Source of the DNA: an uncultured cyanobacterium
GTDB lineage: Bacteria; Cyanobacteriota; Cyanobacteriia; Cyanobacteriales; Nostocaceae
Direction: 5' to 3'
DNA: 64,000 bases
Assembly: GCA_963706595.1 (NCBI GenBank)
Contig: OY970166.1
Location: 1-64,000 of the forward strand
Under the pieces are notes generated by a model. The model was not told where the DNA came from and ran no database searches. It worked only from the letters and a program-made list of their open reading frames with translations. Positions 22,021-32,242 of the stretch are shown in pieces. Made by a program: the position numbers and the translations under genes. Within the stretch, counting starts at the first letter, position 1, and each line of letters begins with the position of its first letter.

Positions 22021-22747
22021 GTGCGGAAAATAGTTATTGCCGGTAACTGGAAAATGTTCAAAACCCAGGCAGAAACCCAGGATTTTTTACAAGGGTTTCT
22101 GCCCCACTTGGAAGAAATACCCGAAGACCGAGAAGTGGTCTTGTGTCCTCCTTTCACTAACTTAAACATTTTATCCAAAAGTTTACATGGCAGCCTCATC
22201 CAGTTAGGGGCGCAAAATGTTCACTGGGAAGAAAATGGAGCCTATACGGGCGAAATTTCTGCCCCTATGTTGACAGAACTTGAGTGTACGTTTCGTAATT
22301 GTCGGTCATAGCGAAAGACGGCAATACTTTGGAGAAACAGACGCAACTGTGAATCTCCGCCTCAAAGCGGCTCAAAAGTACGGTCTGACACCAATTTTAT
22401 GTGTAGGCGAAACCAAAGAACAACGAGATGCTGGGGAAACTGAATCACTGATTACCACCCAGCTAGATAAAGACCTCATAGATGTAGACCAGAATAATTT
22501 GGTGATTGCTTACGAACCAATTTGGGCAATCGGTACTGGTGATACTTGTGAAGCCACAGACGCTAATCGGGTAATCGGCTTAATTCGCAGTCAGTTGAGT
22601 AATCCTAATGTTTCGATTCAATACGGTGGCTCAGTGAAACCGAATAATATTGATGAGATCATGGCTCAACCAGAAATTGATGGCGCTCTTGTGGGCGGGG
22701 CTAGTCTAGAACCTGCAAGTTTTGCTCGGATTGTCAACTACAAGTAA
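22021..22747 (+). CDS. tpiA: Triosephosphate isomerase (single +1 frameshift at ~22282)
   Basis: [19 protein letters not shown], then after a shift [31 protein letters not shown]. Confidence 0.95.
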
Positions 22748-22754
22748 CTTCATT

Positions 22755-22914
22755 AGGGACTTCCAAGAAATAAATTATCTAAATAAACGTTCGCGTAGCG
22801 TGCGCGAAGCGCATACCACAGAGACACAGAGTTATGAGACTTTGAGAAGCTTCGCCGAACGTCGGAACGGTTTTTTGTGTTAGGTGATTTCGTATTTTTT
22901 ATTTGGAAGTCCCT
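22755..22914. mobile_element. MITE-like element with 12-bp terminal inverted repeats
   Basis: AGGGACTTCCAA (22755-22766) and TTGGAAGTCCCT (22903-22914). Internal GC-rich palindrome TGCGCGAAGCGCA. Confidence 0.65.
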
Positions 22915-23009
22915 TATGCAAGGCTGTTTCCCTGTCCGAGCCGGGGAATGGGTGTTTTCAATTTTGGCAAAAATTAAAGACAGCAACTTAAAAACATAAA
23001 AATGTCTAT

Positions 23010-23852
23010 ATGTCAAGTAAGTTAATAATTCGAGAACGCTGTTTTGAGTGGGGACAGCGAACTTACCTGATGGGGGTTTTAAATGTCACACCCGATAGCT
23101 TTAGCGATGGTGGAGTATTTAATAATAGCGCTGCGGCTCTAGCACAGGCACAAGCAATGGTCGCTGCGGGTGCTGACATCATCGATGTGGGTGGTCAATC
23201 GACTCGACCAGGAGCAGAGCAAATAACTCTGGCAGAGGAACTGGATCGGGTACTGCCGATATTGCAGATTTTACGACGTGAGTTAACAGTACCAATCTCC
23301 GTAGATACTACTAGGGCTGCTGTAGCTAGAGCATCTATAGAGGCTGGAGCGGATATAATTAATGATATTTCTGGTGGCACATTTGACTTAGAAATGCTGC
23401 CCACAGTAGCAAGTTTAGATGTGCCGATTGTCTTAATGCACATCCAGGGAACGCCGCAGACAATGCAGCAAATGACTAATTATCAGGATTTAATGGCAGA
23501 GATTTCTAGTTTTTTAGCAGGACAAATTATAGCAGCAACTGCTGCGGGCATTGACCAGAGGAAAATAATTATTGATCCGGGGATTGGTTTTGCAAAAAAC
23601 TATGAGCAGAATTTAGCAATTTTTCCCGAATTGCATGGATTAAAAGCGCTAAATTGTCCTATTTTAGTAGGAGCATCCCGCAAAAGTTTTATTGGTCGCA
23701 TTTTAAACCAACCAGATCCGAAAGCAAGAGTCTGGGGAACAGCAGCAGCTTGTTGTGCGGCTATTGCTCAGGGCGCTGATATCCTCCGAGTTCACGATGT
23801 TGAAGAAATGCATGATGTGTCACGGGTAGCTGATGCTCTATTGCGAAAATAA
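23010..23852 (+). CDS. folP: Dihydropteroate synthase
   Basis: MGVLNVTPDSFSDGG, STRPGA, DPGIGFAK, GASRKSFI, RVHDV. Confidence 0.96.
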   Translation: MSSKLIIRERCFEWGQRTYLMGVLNVTPDSFSDGGVFNNSAAALAQAQAMVAAGADIIDVGGQSTRPGAEQITLAEELDRVLPILQILRRELTVPISVDTTRAAVARASIEAGADIINDISGGTFDLEMLPTVASLDVPIVLMHIQGTPQTMQQMTNYQDLMAEISSFLAGQIIAATAAGIDQRKIIIDPGIGFAKNYEQNLAIFPELHGLKALNCPILVGASRKSFIGRILNQPDPKARVWGTAAACCAAIAQGADILRVHDVEEMHDVSRVADALLRK

Positions 23853-23881
23853 GTTTAATATCCTAGCCAATTAGGCATGAT

Positions 23882-24721
23882 TTACTTACCGTTTTCAGAG
23901 ATTTTGCCATTACCGTCTTGAGCTATGGAGTCAGCAATTAACTGGTTATAAACTTCATTAGTTTTACTGGGGTCTAAGAAGACAATTTTGGCATTATTAC
24001 TCTCTCCAAGTCTTTGGCTAGCCACTACATAATCTTGAGCGACGAGATACCTGAGAATTTCCCGGCTTTCAGGATGAGTACGTAAGGCTTCAGCAATGAT
24101 CTGCATTGAGGTTTGAGTTCCCTGCGCTCTCTTAATTGCAGCGTCACGTTCTCCTTCGGCTTCAAAAACCAGCGCCCGTTTTTTGATTTCCGCAGCTCGC
24201 TCTTCTTCCATTGACTTTCGCACACTCTCAGGCGGTGTAATGCTCTGAATATCCAACCGAATAATCTGAACTCCCCAATCTTCTGTGGTTTGATTCAACT
24301 GATCTAAAATAGCTCTGTCCATTTCTGCACGAGAAACATTGGTTTCTTCTACAGTATTCTGGGCGATGATTTCCCGGAGTGTGGTTGTGGCTAGTTGATT
24401 GAGAGAACCTTGGAGATCCTCGATTTCGTAAAAACTTTTGACAATATCTCTGATGCGCCAAAACACAACAGCATCAACTTCTAGGTAAATGTTATCTTTG
24501 GTGATCACATTTTGAGGTTTGATGTCTAAAAACTGCTCCCGTGTTGTATCCTCCATCACAATCTGATCGATCAAAGGCACAATAAAGTTGAGACCTGGTG
24601 GAAGTTTGCGATGATACCGCCCCAAGCGTTCCACCAGGGCTTCGTTACCTTGACTAACCAGTTTGGCAGATCCGAGAGCATAACCGATGAGGGCTAAGAC
24701 TATAGCAATAATTGGCTCCAT
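23882..24721 (-). CDS. SPFH/band 7 (stomatin-like) membrane protein
   Basis: N-terminal TM, LVERLGRY, VITKDN, WGVQIIR, coiled-coil AAE..KRA. Confidence 0.9.
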   Translation of the reverse strand: MEPIIAIVLALIGYALGSAKLVSQGNEALVERLGRYHRKLPPGLNFIVPLIDQIVMEDTTREQFLDIKPQNVITKDNIYLEVDAVVFWRIRDIVKSFYEIEDLQGSLNQLATTTLREIIAQNTVEETNVSRAEMDRAILDQLNQTTEDWGVQIIRLDIQSITPPESVRKSMEEERAAEIKKRALVFEAEGERDAAIKRAQGTQTSMQIIAEALRTHPESREILRYLVAQDYVVASQRLGESNNAKIVFLDPSKTNEVYNQLIADSIAQDGNGKISENGK

Positions 24722-24846
24722 ATATTCTCCTATTCAGCTTTTGGGCAAATTTAGTCTAAAAGGATATGGTACTACCTTAGACCTATATTTCAGCCTTATG
24801 TTTTGAGTCTGTAATTTTATTAACATCAACTATTGAATGAAGCTAT

Positions 24847-26491
24847 TCACTTGATGACAAGATTGAGCCAAGGTTTAATATTCCCTGGTAAATCAGAATT
24901 AAAACGTAGGGGTAGTTCTGGTGTAGAAAGAGATTGGGCGTAAGCTGGTGTGAGAAATGGTTGGTAAATCTGGGCGGATGGTGTGTCTTGTTTGATAAAT
25001 GCTAAGGTGACACCACGAATTAACTGGCGTAAAGAGTTGGTTTCTTCTCCGCGCTTTTCTCTGACGATCGCAGCTGCTGCACTCACCGGATATGCTGGAT
25101 CGGTAATACTTAAATGAGTAGCACCAATGGCGGTTAACAGATACTTTGAACCCCGCAGTTGGTGAAAGGGTCTGATTTGATGGTTTAAAGCTGGGGTGAG
25201 TGCATCTTCAGTTCCCGCTAAGATTAATACAGGTTTGGTAATTTTAGCCAGACCGTTTGTACCAAAGAGTTTACCAACAAGCGGGTTGAGAGCGATCGCA
25301 CTCTTAACTCGCTGATCTTGCAAATCTGGTTGATTTTCTTTTAAACTAGCGGCTGCACACTGTAACCAATCGCCTGGTGATTCGCCAAAGGAAAGAGAAG
25401 TCTTACAGAACGCTCGCAATTCTTTTAAATCTACTTCTCCACCCACTAAAGCTAAAGCAGTATAACCCCCTAAAGAGTGACCAATCACATTTACTTGCTT
25501 TGTATTTAGTTTTCCTTGCAGTTGTCCCGATTGAGTATTGAGTTTTTCGAGTTCGTTGAGCAAAAAGCTGACATCTTTTGGTCGATCAATAAATTCACTG
25601 GCTGGTAGTAGTTGCGCCAAATTCATTTGATTTGCGGCGTTATTAATCGCGCCTGAGTTACTACCAGGATGTTCAATGGCTGCAACTGTAATTCCGTGAG
25701 AAGCTAGATGACGCGCTAAATAGCTAAAAAATCGGCGGTTGGCTCCAAAGCCGTGGGAAATAACCACCAGTGGGGCTGGGGCTTGACTTTGACTCCAATA
25801 AATGTCTACAGGAATGGTGCGATTCGCGTTGTCTGTCTTGTAGGGTGAGTGTCTGCTGTTGAACTGTGTTTTTTCCTGTAGCGCCTGGGTCGAAACTGGG
25901 CTGAAAAGGTGTAATATTTTTTACTAATAATTCTCGTTCTAGCAAAACACCAAGGGCTTGGCTTTGCAAGTTGTTGGCGTTAAATTCTAAGGCGATTTGC
26001 AGTGCTTGAGTTGCATCTACAGTCACATTTTTTTGAGGATAGGCGCGTAAAAAACCAATTGCACTTAAACCGTTGACTTGGCGTAGAGAGAGGTAGAGAG
26101 TTGATTGCAGTCCTTCGATGGTGCTATCTGGGATTGCGGCTCCCAAAGAGGAAATTAATTGTCTCCCTTGTGGCGATCGCACTAGCTCATCAACGAATTT
26201 ATCTGCAAAAGCTGGATCTACTTGTAACTTCCGATTCAGTAATTCCCCTATTTGGGGAGTTAAAACAAAGCTAAAAAGTTGGAGTTGTGCTGGTAGTTTT
26301 CCCGTTTTGGCAAATTTTTCCAAATCAGCGATCGCTAGAGACTGCTGAAATGGCCCCAACCGAATTGTAACTGTCTCTGCTGCTGTAGTAGCAGGAATAC
26401 CCACACCCCAACAGAGGGATAGAGTTAAGCTGCACAGTAACCCTTGTAAGAAGGATGTCTGAGGTCGATTTTTGCCAAGCCGAGAGTGCAT
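24847..26491 (-). CDS. Alpha/beta hydrolase with DUF1400-type N-terminal domain (one frameshift at ~25825)
   Basis: AAETVTIRLGP N-domain (ORF 25724-26491) joins VISHGFG...GHSLGGYT (GxSxG) in ORF 24847-25767 via QR/NRTIPVDIYW. Confidence 0.85.
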
Positions 26492-26574
26492 AGCGATTAG
26501 AGATCAATCATGTGACTCATAGTTCTGACTTCATCGGTGAGAATGTTGTTTCGCAAAAGTTGGAAGGAGGGGAC

Positions 26575-26699
26575 GATTGACCGAAAAATTTTAGATTTTG
26601 GATTTTGGATTTGGGATTGGGAATTTTCGTTACAAGCCCCGCCCCTTCAGGGCGGAATTAATCCAAAATCCAAAATCGTAAATCCAAAATTGATTGACC
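26575..26699. repeat. Inverted ATTTTGG/CCAAAAT STRR arrays enclosing a GC hairpin
   Basis: (ATTTTGG)n - CAAGCCCCGCCCCTTCAGGGCGG - (ATCCAAA)n, flanked by GATTGACC twice. Confidence 0.7.
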
Positions 26700-26729
26700 A
26701 GCGCCCCCGGTTTGTAGCTGTTTCTTGAA

Positions 26730-28268
26730 TTAGAATCCGATAAGCCTAAAAAGGTTAACTATAAACCCTAGAGGACCTGTGATTGTACCGACAGTATCAC
26801 CAGTCCTGGCTAAACCAGAACGGTTGACGACGACAACATCATTGTTGCGGAGTATGGGATTAGTCTCCTCATTAATTCCTTCAGAAAAATTAACTTTTAC
26901 TTCCCGCTTCGTCACAGAACCATTAGGGTTAAGGCGAATTAAATCCACGGTAGTTGTTCTAGCTCTAGCATCGTTGAATCCACCCGCCGCCAACAATGCC
27001 TGATTTAAGGAGCTATTAGGCTTAATCTCCACAGATCCCGGTCTTTTAACTTCGCCTACCACACCAACTTGAATTGTTGCAGCAGATAAAGTAGTAGCAG
27101 CTAATTGAGTCGCCTCTGCGGTGTTGACCTCAGTCGCAGTAGGAATAATAATCGTATCTCCATCCTGCACCAGAATGTCTTGATTGACATCACCAGTCTG
27201 CAATAATTGCCAGAGGTCGATATCTATGCTTTGTTCTGTGCCGGTTCTTGTGGGTCGGCGCAGCTTGAGATTACGAACATCAGCTTGTGATGTAATTCCC
27301 CCTGCTAATTGCAGCGATCGCATTACAGTGGGTAAACCACCACCACCTTCAGCTCCGCCACCACCCGCTCCCACCAGATATGAACCGGGACGATTAACTT
27401 CACCAATGATGGCGACAGTGCGGGGTGTATTGGGGCTAGCCGCAAAGTTAGCGGCAAAGAGATTACGCGCTTCTGCTACATTAAAAGTAGTTGCAGTTGG
27501 CACAACAATGGTGTCGCCATCTCGTAAGGTAATATCCTGATCTATCCGACCTGTCTGCATCAGTTCTTTTAAATTCAGATTCACAACTTGCTCAGAGGAA
27601 CGTCCAATTTTACGTCTTAATTGGACTTGAGTTACATCTGCGGCCAAGGTTACACCTTGGGCGGTGGTTAGTGCAGCTAATACCGTTGGGTATTGTACGC
27701 CGGGATTATCACCCCCGGTTCCTTGTAAGCTTAGAGTATAAGACCCTGGACGTGTGACTTCTCCGGCGACCAAAATATTGATGGGACGAGATGCTAACAA
27801 GTTAACTGAAATCAGGGGACGTTTGAGAAAGCGAGCATACCTCCTGGCAATTTCATCAGCCGCCTGTTCGGTTGTTAGACCCTGAACGGGGACACTGCCT
27901 ATTAAAGGTAAATTGATTGAGCCACCTGGAGGTATTTGGTATTCGCCAGTATATTCTGGTACTTCAAATACGTTTACACGAATGCGATCGCCACCGCCTA
28001 ATGTATAATTAGTGTCGATTGGTATGGCTGGTGATGCTTGTTGTTGTGTGGGGAGGATTCGTTGTGTATCCGACGATCCTGGTTGTAACGTGGGAAAAGT
28101 TTGTTGTGTTGTTTGTGATACTAGTTGTCCCTGAGCTAGGCTGGCAGACGGCGCTGCAACATTGACAGCCGTTAACAATAAAGCCGCACCCAAACATGGC
28201 TGGGTGAGGAATTTTAGCAAACCTGTGTTAAGCATATTTACCTGAGACTCTGAGACAGTGATCGGCAT
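26730..28268 (-). CDS. Polysaccharide export protein (Wza/OPX-like) with SLBB domains
   Basis: YTLGGGDRIRVNVF, GSINLPLIGSV, repeated GEVxRPGSY and LxDGDxIxVP. Confidence 0.9.
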   Translation of the reverse strand: MPITVSESQVNMLNTGLLKFLTQPCLGAALLLTAVNVAAPSASLAQGQLVSQTTQQTFPTLQPGSSDTQRILPTQQQASPAIPIDTNYTLGGGDRIRVNVFEVPEYTGEYQIPPGGSINLPLIGSVPVQGLTTEQAADEIARRYARFLKRPLISVNLLASRPINILVAGEVTRPGSYTLSLQGTGGDNPGVQYPTVLAALTTAQGVTLAADVTQVQLRRKIGRSSEQVVNLNLKELMQTGRIDQDITLRDGDTIVVPTATTFNVAEARNLFAANFAASPNTPRTVAIIGEVNRPGSYLVGAGGGGAEGGGGLPTVMRSLQLAGGITSQADVRNLKLRRPTRTGTEQSIDIDLWQLLQTGDVNQDILVQDGDTIIIPTATEVNTAEATQLAATTLSAATIQVGVVGEVKRPGSVEIKPNSSLNQALLAAGGFNDARARTTTVDLIRLNPNGSVTKREVKVNFSEGINEETNPILRNNDVVVVNRSGLARTGDTVGTITGPLGFIVNLFRLIGF

Positions 28269-28364
28269 AGTTGTCTAAATATCTTAATCTTGACTATACT
28301 TAATTATTCAAGTTCCTCAATTCAATTGTTCCAACATTCTTATTTTCCCAGAAAAGGATAATTT

Positions 28365-28370
28365 TCCGGA
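28365..28370. promoter_or_regulatory. TCCGGA (DIF1-type) motif upstream of the polysaccharide exporter
   Basis: Exact hexamer in an AT-rich intergenic region ~97 bp upstream of the ATG. Confidence 0.4.
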
Positions 28371-28484
28371 GGGATATTATTTTTTATTCTTGAACTTTTC
28401 GTAAAGTTAAATTAAAAATAAATCAAGATTTTAATTTGGTATTGATTAGCTGGTATGGTAATTGATTGACCTATAGTCGCAATT

Positions 28485-29465
28485 TTAAATCCCTGATTTA
28501 TTTTGTTGTAACTGTTGCATAAAAAAATCTTCTAGGGAATGGCGAGATAAGTTTAGAGAAATTATTTGACCCCTCATCAAACGGAGACTGGCAAGAAAAT
28601 CATAGTAATTGTCTTGTAGTGTGCCTTGCCAAGAACCATCATGCTCAAAAACTAGACTAGGTATCCACTGTTTGAGAACTTCGCAGTCACCACCTCGACC
28701 TTTGATATGGTATGTTTGATTACTGCCTAAAAGTTGATCTAGAGAACCAGAACAAATTACTTCACCTTGAGAGAGAATAGCAACGCGATCGCAAATTTGT
28801 TCAACCTCACTGAGAATATGACTATTGAAGAAAATGGTTTTTCCGGCGGCTTTCAGCGATAGAATAATTTCCCGCATTTGGTAGCGTCCTATAGGATCTA
28901 AACCAGACATTGGTTCATCCAGAAATATCAACTCCGGATCATTAATCAGTGCCTGTGCCATGCCCACACGCTGTAACATTCCTTTAGAATAGCGACGCAT
29001 CGGCTTTTTGCGTGCATCGGCTAAGGATAAACCCACTAATTCTAGCAGTTGGGGAATGCGTTGACGTTGCAAACTTTGGGGAATCTGAAATAACCCAGCC
29101 GCTAGCTGGAGAAATTCCCAACCAGTGAGATAGTCATATAAATAGGGATTTTCTGGGAGGTAGCCAATAAGTTGCTTCGTAGAGCGATCGCCTAATGGCT
29201 TACCCAATAATAAACCCTTTCCCGAAGTAGGGCGGATAATTCCCAACAACAGTTTTAACAAGGTAGTTTTGCCCGCACCATTTGGACCTAACAAGCCAAA
29301 GGTTTCGCCTTTGTAGACCTGAACGGAACAACTTTTCAGAGATACCACTTTTTGATTCAGCCAAAAACCCGTGCGATAAACTTTTCGCAAATCAGTAGTT
29401 AGGACTACTGGCGGATTATCAATAGTATTCAGTTGATTATCAGAGATTTCTACACCAGACTTCAT
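28485..29465 (-). CDS. ABC transporter ATP-binding protein
   Basis: GPNGAGKTT, YSKGMLQR signature, FLDEP, H-loop NSH. Confidence 0.93.
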   Translation of the reverse strand: MKSGVEISDNQLNTIDNPPVVLTTDLRKVYRTGFWLNQKVVSLKSCSVQVYKGETFGLLGPNGAGKTTLLKLLLGIIRPTSGKGLLLGKPLGDRSTKQLIGYLPENPYLYDYLTGWEFLQLAAGLFQIPQSLQRQRIPQLLELVGLSLADARKKPMRRYSKGMLQRVGMAQALINDPELIFLDEPMSGLDPIGRYQMREIILSLKAAGKTIFFNSHILSEVEQICDRVAILSQGEVICSGSLDQLLGSNQTYHIKGRGGDCEVLKQWIPSLVFEHDGSWQGTLQDNYYDFLASLRLMRGQIISLNLSRHSLEDFFMQQLQQNKSGI

Positions 29466-29538
29466 AGCCAAAATTACCACTAAGCTGATCAATGATCATA
29501 AAATTGACTAGCTCAGTGGTTCCTTGAGTTTTACCATT

Positions 29539-30162
29539 CTATAGGATACCCTTAGAACTGGGAATTGTACCAGCACGACGGGGGTCAATTTCCACAGCCA
29601 TGCGGGTAGCCCTGGCAAAAGCTTTAAATGTCGCCTCAATAATATGATGGGAGTTAATGCCATCCAGTTGACGAATGTGTAATGTCATTTGGCTATGGTT
29701 GACCAATGCGACAAAAAATTCCCGTACTAACTGGGTGTCATAGGTTCCCACGCGCTGAGTAGGAATTGACAAACCATAGCTCAGATGAGGTCTACCAGAA
29801 AAGTCCAGCGCCACTTGCACTAAAGCTTCATCCAATGGAGCGAGAAAATTACCAAACCGAACGATACCTTTCCTGTTACCTAGAGCTTGACTAAAAGCTT
29901 GTCCCAAAGTGATACCCACATCTTCATTCGTGTGGTGGTCATCAATTTCCCAGTCTCCCTGGGCTTGGACATTTAAATCAATCAGCCCGTGGGAGGAAAT
30001 CTGATGCAGCATATGATCCAAAAATGGAATGCCGGTGGCTGCCGTACAGATGCCTGTACCATCCAAGTTGACAGTAACTTTGATATCAGTTTCGCCAGTG
30101 GTGCGATGAACCGAAGCAATACGAGCAGTTTCAGTTGAATTTAGGCGATCGCTTGTTTGCAT
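29539..30162 (-). CDS. hisB: Imidazoleglycerol-phosphate dehydratase
   Basis: [45 protein letters not shown]. True start MQTSDR lies after the repeat array. Confidence 0.96.
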   Translation of the reverse strand: MQTSDRLNSTETARIASVHRTTGETDIKVTVNLDGTGICTAATGIPFLDHMLHQISSHGLIDLNVQAQGDWEIDDHHTNEDVGITLGQAFSQALGNRKGIVRFGNFLAPLDEALVQVALDFSGRPHLSYGLSIPTQRVGTYDTQLVREFFVALVNHSQMTLHIRQLDGINSHHIIEATFKAFARATRMAVEIDPRRAGTIPSSKGIL

Positions 30163-30165
30163 AGT

Positions 30166-30370
30166 TGGGGAGTGGGGAGTAGGGAGTGGAGAAGAGGCAG
30201 GGGGGCAGGGGGGAGAAGAGGCAGGGGGGCAGGGGGCAGGGTGCAGGGGGGAGAAGAGGCAGGGGGCAGGGGGCAGGGGGCAGGGGGCAGGGGGGAAAAG
30301 ACAACTTACTTCCCAATGACCAATGACCAATGACCAATGACCAATGACTAATGACTAATGACTAATGACT
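30166..30370. repeat. Compound STRR block (GGGGAGT, GGGGGCA, ACCAATG/ACTAATG arrays)
   Basis: Tandem heptamers fill the fabI-hisB spacer. Confidence 0.9.
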
Positions 30371-31148
30371 ACATTCCCATTATTTCATAGCCTGCATCTA
30401 CGTATAAAACTTGTCCTGTAATACCACTGGCTAAATCGCTAGACAAGAAAGCTGCTGTATTGCCTACTTCTTGCTGCGTCACAGTGCGTCGCAGGGGAGC
30501 TACTTCTTCTACATGGTGAATCATATCTAAAATTCCGCCTACTGCCGAAGAGGCTAATGTGCGTATCGGCCCGGCGGAAATGGCATTTACCCGAATATTT
30601 TGCGGTCCTAGTTCAGCCGCCAAATAACGTACACTAGATTCTAATCCGGCTTTAGCTACTCCCATAACGTTGTAGTTAGGAATTGCTTTCACGCCACCCA
30701 AATATGTCAAAGTGATAATGCTACCGCCTTCTGTCATCAGAGGTGTGGCTGCACCACTTAACTGCACTAAAGAGTAAGTGCTGATTTCTAAAGCGGTTTT
30801 GAACCCAGAACGGGAGGTTTGGCTGAAACCACCAGTCAAATCGTCTCTGTTGGCGAAGGCTAAACAGTGAATGAGGATATCTAGTTTACCCCACTTATCC
30901 TTAATGGCTGCAAAGGTAGATTCAATCTGTGCGTCATCTTGGACATTACAGGGAACAAATAAGCTGGGGTTAAGAGGTTCTACCAATTCCGCCACTTTTT
31001 TCTCCATCTTGCCTCGTTCATCTGGCAAGTAGGTAATACCTAAGTTAGCTCCGGCTTTGTGGAGTTGTTGAGCAATGCCCCAGGCAATGGAACGGTTGTT
31101 GGCAATTCCTGTTACTAAGGCATTTTTTCCCGTCAAATTCAGCAGCAT
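30369..31148 (-). CDS. fabI: Enoyl-ACP reductase FabI
   Basis: GIANNRSIAWGIA, YNVMGVAKAGLE, NAISAGPIRTLA. Confidence 0.96.
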   Translation of the reverse strand: MLLNLTGKNALVTGIANNRSIAWGIAQQLHKAGANLGITYLPDERGKMEKKVAELVEPLNPSLFVPCNVQDDAQIESTFAAIKDKWGKLDILIHCLAFANRDDLTGGFSQTSRSGFKTALEISTYSLVQLSGAATPLMTEGGSIITLTYLGGVKAIPNYNVMGVAKAGLESSVRYLAAELGPQNIRVNAISAGPIRTLASSAVGGILDMIHHVEEVAPLRRTVTQQEVGNTAAFLSSDLASGITGQVLYVDAGYEIMGM

Positions 31149-31390
31149 ATAAATTATGAATGTGATCAATAGTTAGGAGCATATTTACAATACTAGAATC
31201 TGAGGCGAGTTTGTCTTGGTTCTGCACATTTTTTGTAAAAATGATGATTAGGGAGACTATTTTTTGAAAAGTTTCTCTAGCTAATCCTGAAGATATTCTC
31301 AAGATATCGTGAAAGTTTTGCTAAAAAACCTGATGACTACAAATGTGCAAGAACTTATAACAACTACTCGCTAAAAACATCAGAAATTAT

Positions 31391-31404
31391 GTATCATAAT
31401 GAAC
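31391..31404 (+). promoter_or_regulatory. Imperfect NtcA box GTA-N8-AAC
   Basis: GTATCATAATGAAC upstream of ntcA. Confidence 0.6.
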
Positions 31405-31430
31405 TAATAACTGTGAAGTTATAGGTTTAA

Positions 31431-31444
31431 GTATAGGAATGTAC
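31431..31444 (+). promoter_or_regulatory. NtcA-binding site GTA-N8-TAC (ntcA autoregulation)
   Basis: GTATAGGAATGTAC, ~90 bp upstream of the ntcA ATG. Confidence 0.8.
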
Positions 31445-31532
31445 AGAAAGGTTGACGGTGCTTTATTGATTTTTCAGGTGTATTCTTAGGTAATCAGTTT
31501 TTGTTTTTCCGGCATTGGGTAGGGGAAGGGAG

Positions 31533-32204
31533 ATGATCGTGACACAAGATAAAGCCCTAGCAAATGTATTTCGCCAGATGGCAACGGGAGCATTTCCTCC
31601 TGTTGTCGAAACGTTTGAACGCAATAAAACAATATTTTTTCCCGGCGATCCTGCTGAACGAGTTTATTTTCTCTTGAAGGGTGCTGTGAAACTTTCCAGG
31701 GTGTATGAGGCAGGAGAGGAAATAACGGTAGCACTGCTGCGGGAAAATAGTGTTTTTGGTGTGTTGTCATTACTGACGGGAAATAAGTCTGATAGATTTT
31801 ACCATGCGGTGGCATTTACGCCTGTAGAGTTGTTGTCAGCGCCAATTGAACAGGTCGAGCAAGCGTTTAAGGAAAATCCAGAATTATCAATGTTGATGCT
31901 GCGAGGCCTTTCTTCGCGGATTCTACAAACAGAGATGATGATTGAAACTTTGGCTCACCGTGATATGGGTTCAAGATTGGTGAGTTTTCTGTTAATTCTT
32001 TGTCGTGATTTTGGGGTTCCTTGTGCCGATGGGATTACGATTGATCTGAAGCTATCTCATCAGGCGATCGCGGAAGCAATTGGTTCAACTCGTGTAACCG
32101 TAACTAGGTTACTAGGAGATTTACGTGAAAAAGAGATGATTTCTATCCATAAAAAGAAGATTACCGTGCATAAACCTGTGACTTTAAGTCGGCAGTTCAC
32201 TTAA
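31533..32204 (+). CDS. ntcA: Global nitrogen regulator NtcA (CRP family)
   Basis: [15 protein letters not shown]..., [33 protein letters not shown]. 223 aa. Confidence 0.98.
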   Translation: MIVTQDKALANVFRQMATGAFPPVVETFERNKTIFFPGDPAERVYFLLKGAVKLSRVYEAGEEITVALLRENSVFGVLSLLTGNKSDRFYHAVAFTPVELLSAPIEQVEQAFKENPELSMLMLRGLSSRILQTEMMIETLAHRDMGSRLVSFLLILCRDFGVPCADGITIDLKLSHQAIAEAIGSTRVTVTRLLGDLREKEMISIHKKKITVHKPVTLSRQFT

Positions 32205-32228
32205 AAGTCATGAAATTTTGCTAAAATG

Positions 32229-32237
32229 TGGTAAACT
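32229..32237 (+). promoter_or_regulatory. Extended -10 promoter element (TGnTAAACT)
   Basis: TGGTAAACT directly 5' of the structured element at 32243-32433. Confidence 0.5.
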
Positions 32238-32242
32238 CAGGG

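Noticed and set aside
22753..23016. 87-aa ORF between tpiA and folP, and similar ORFs at 26537-26728, 35387-35581 and 44731-44922
   Set aside because: They run through MITE or STRR sequence and have no protein-like features.
30163..30337. Pro/Cys-rich N-terminal extension of HisB and ORF 30131-30337
   Set aside because: These are translations of STRR arrays. The conserved HisB region starts after ATG 30162.
31488..31496. AGGTAATCA in the ntcA leader matching guide positions 2-10 of the orphan omega RNA
   Set aside because: Only 9 nt, mismatch at guide position 1 and no TTAT-like TAM. Compatible with chance, so not claimed as a target.
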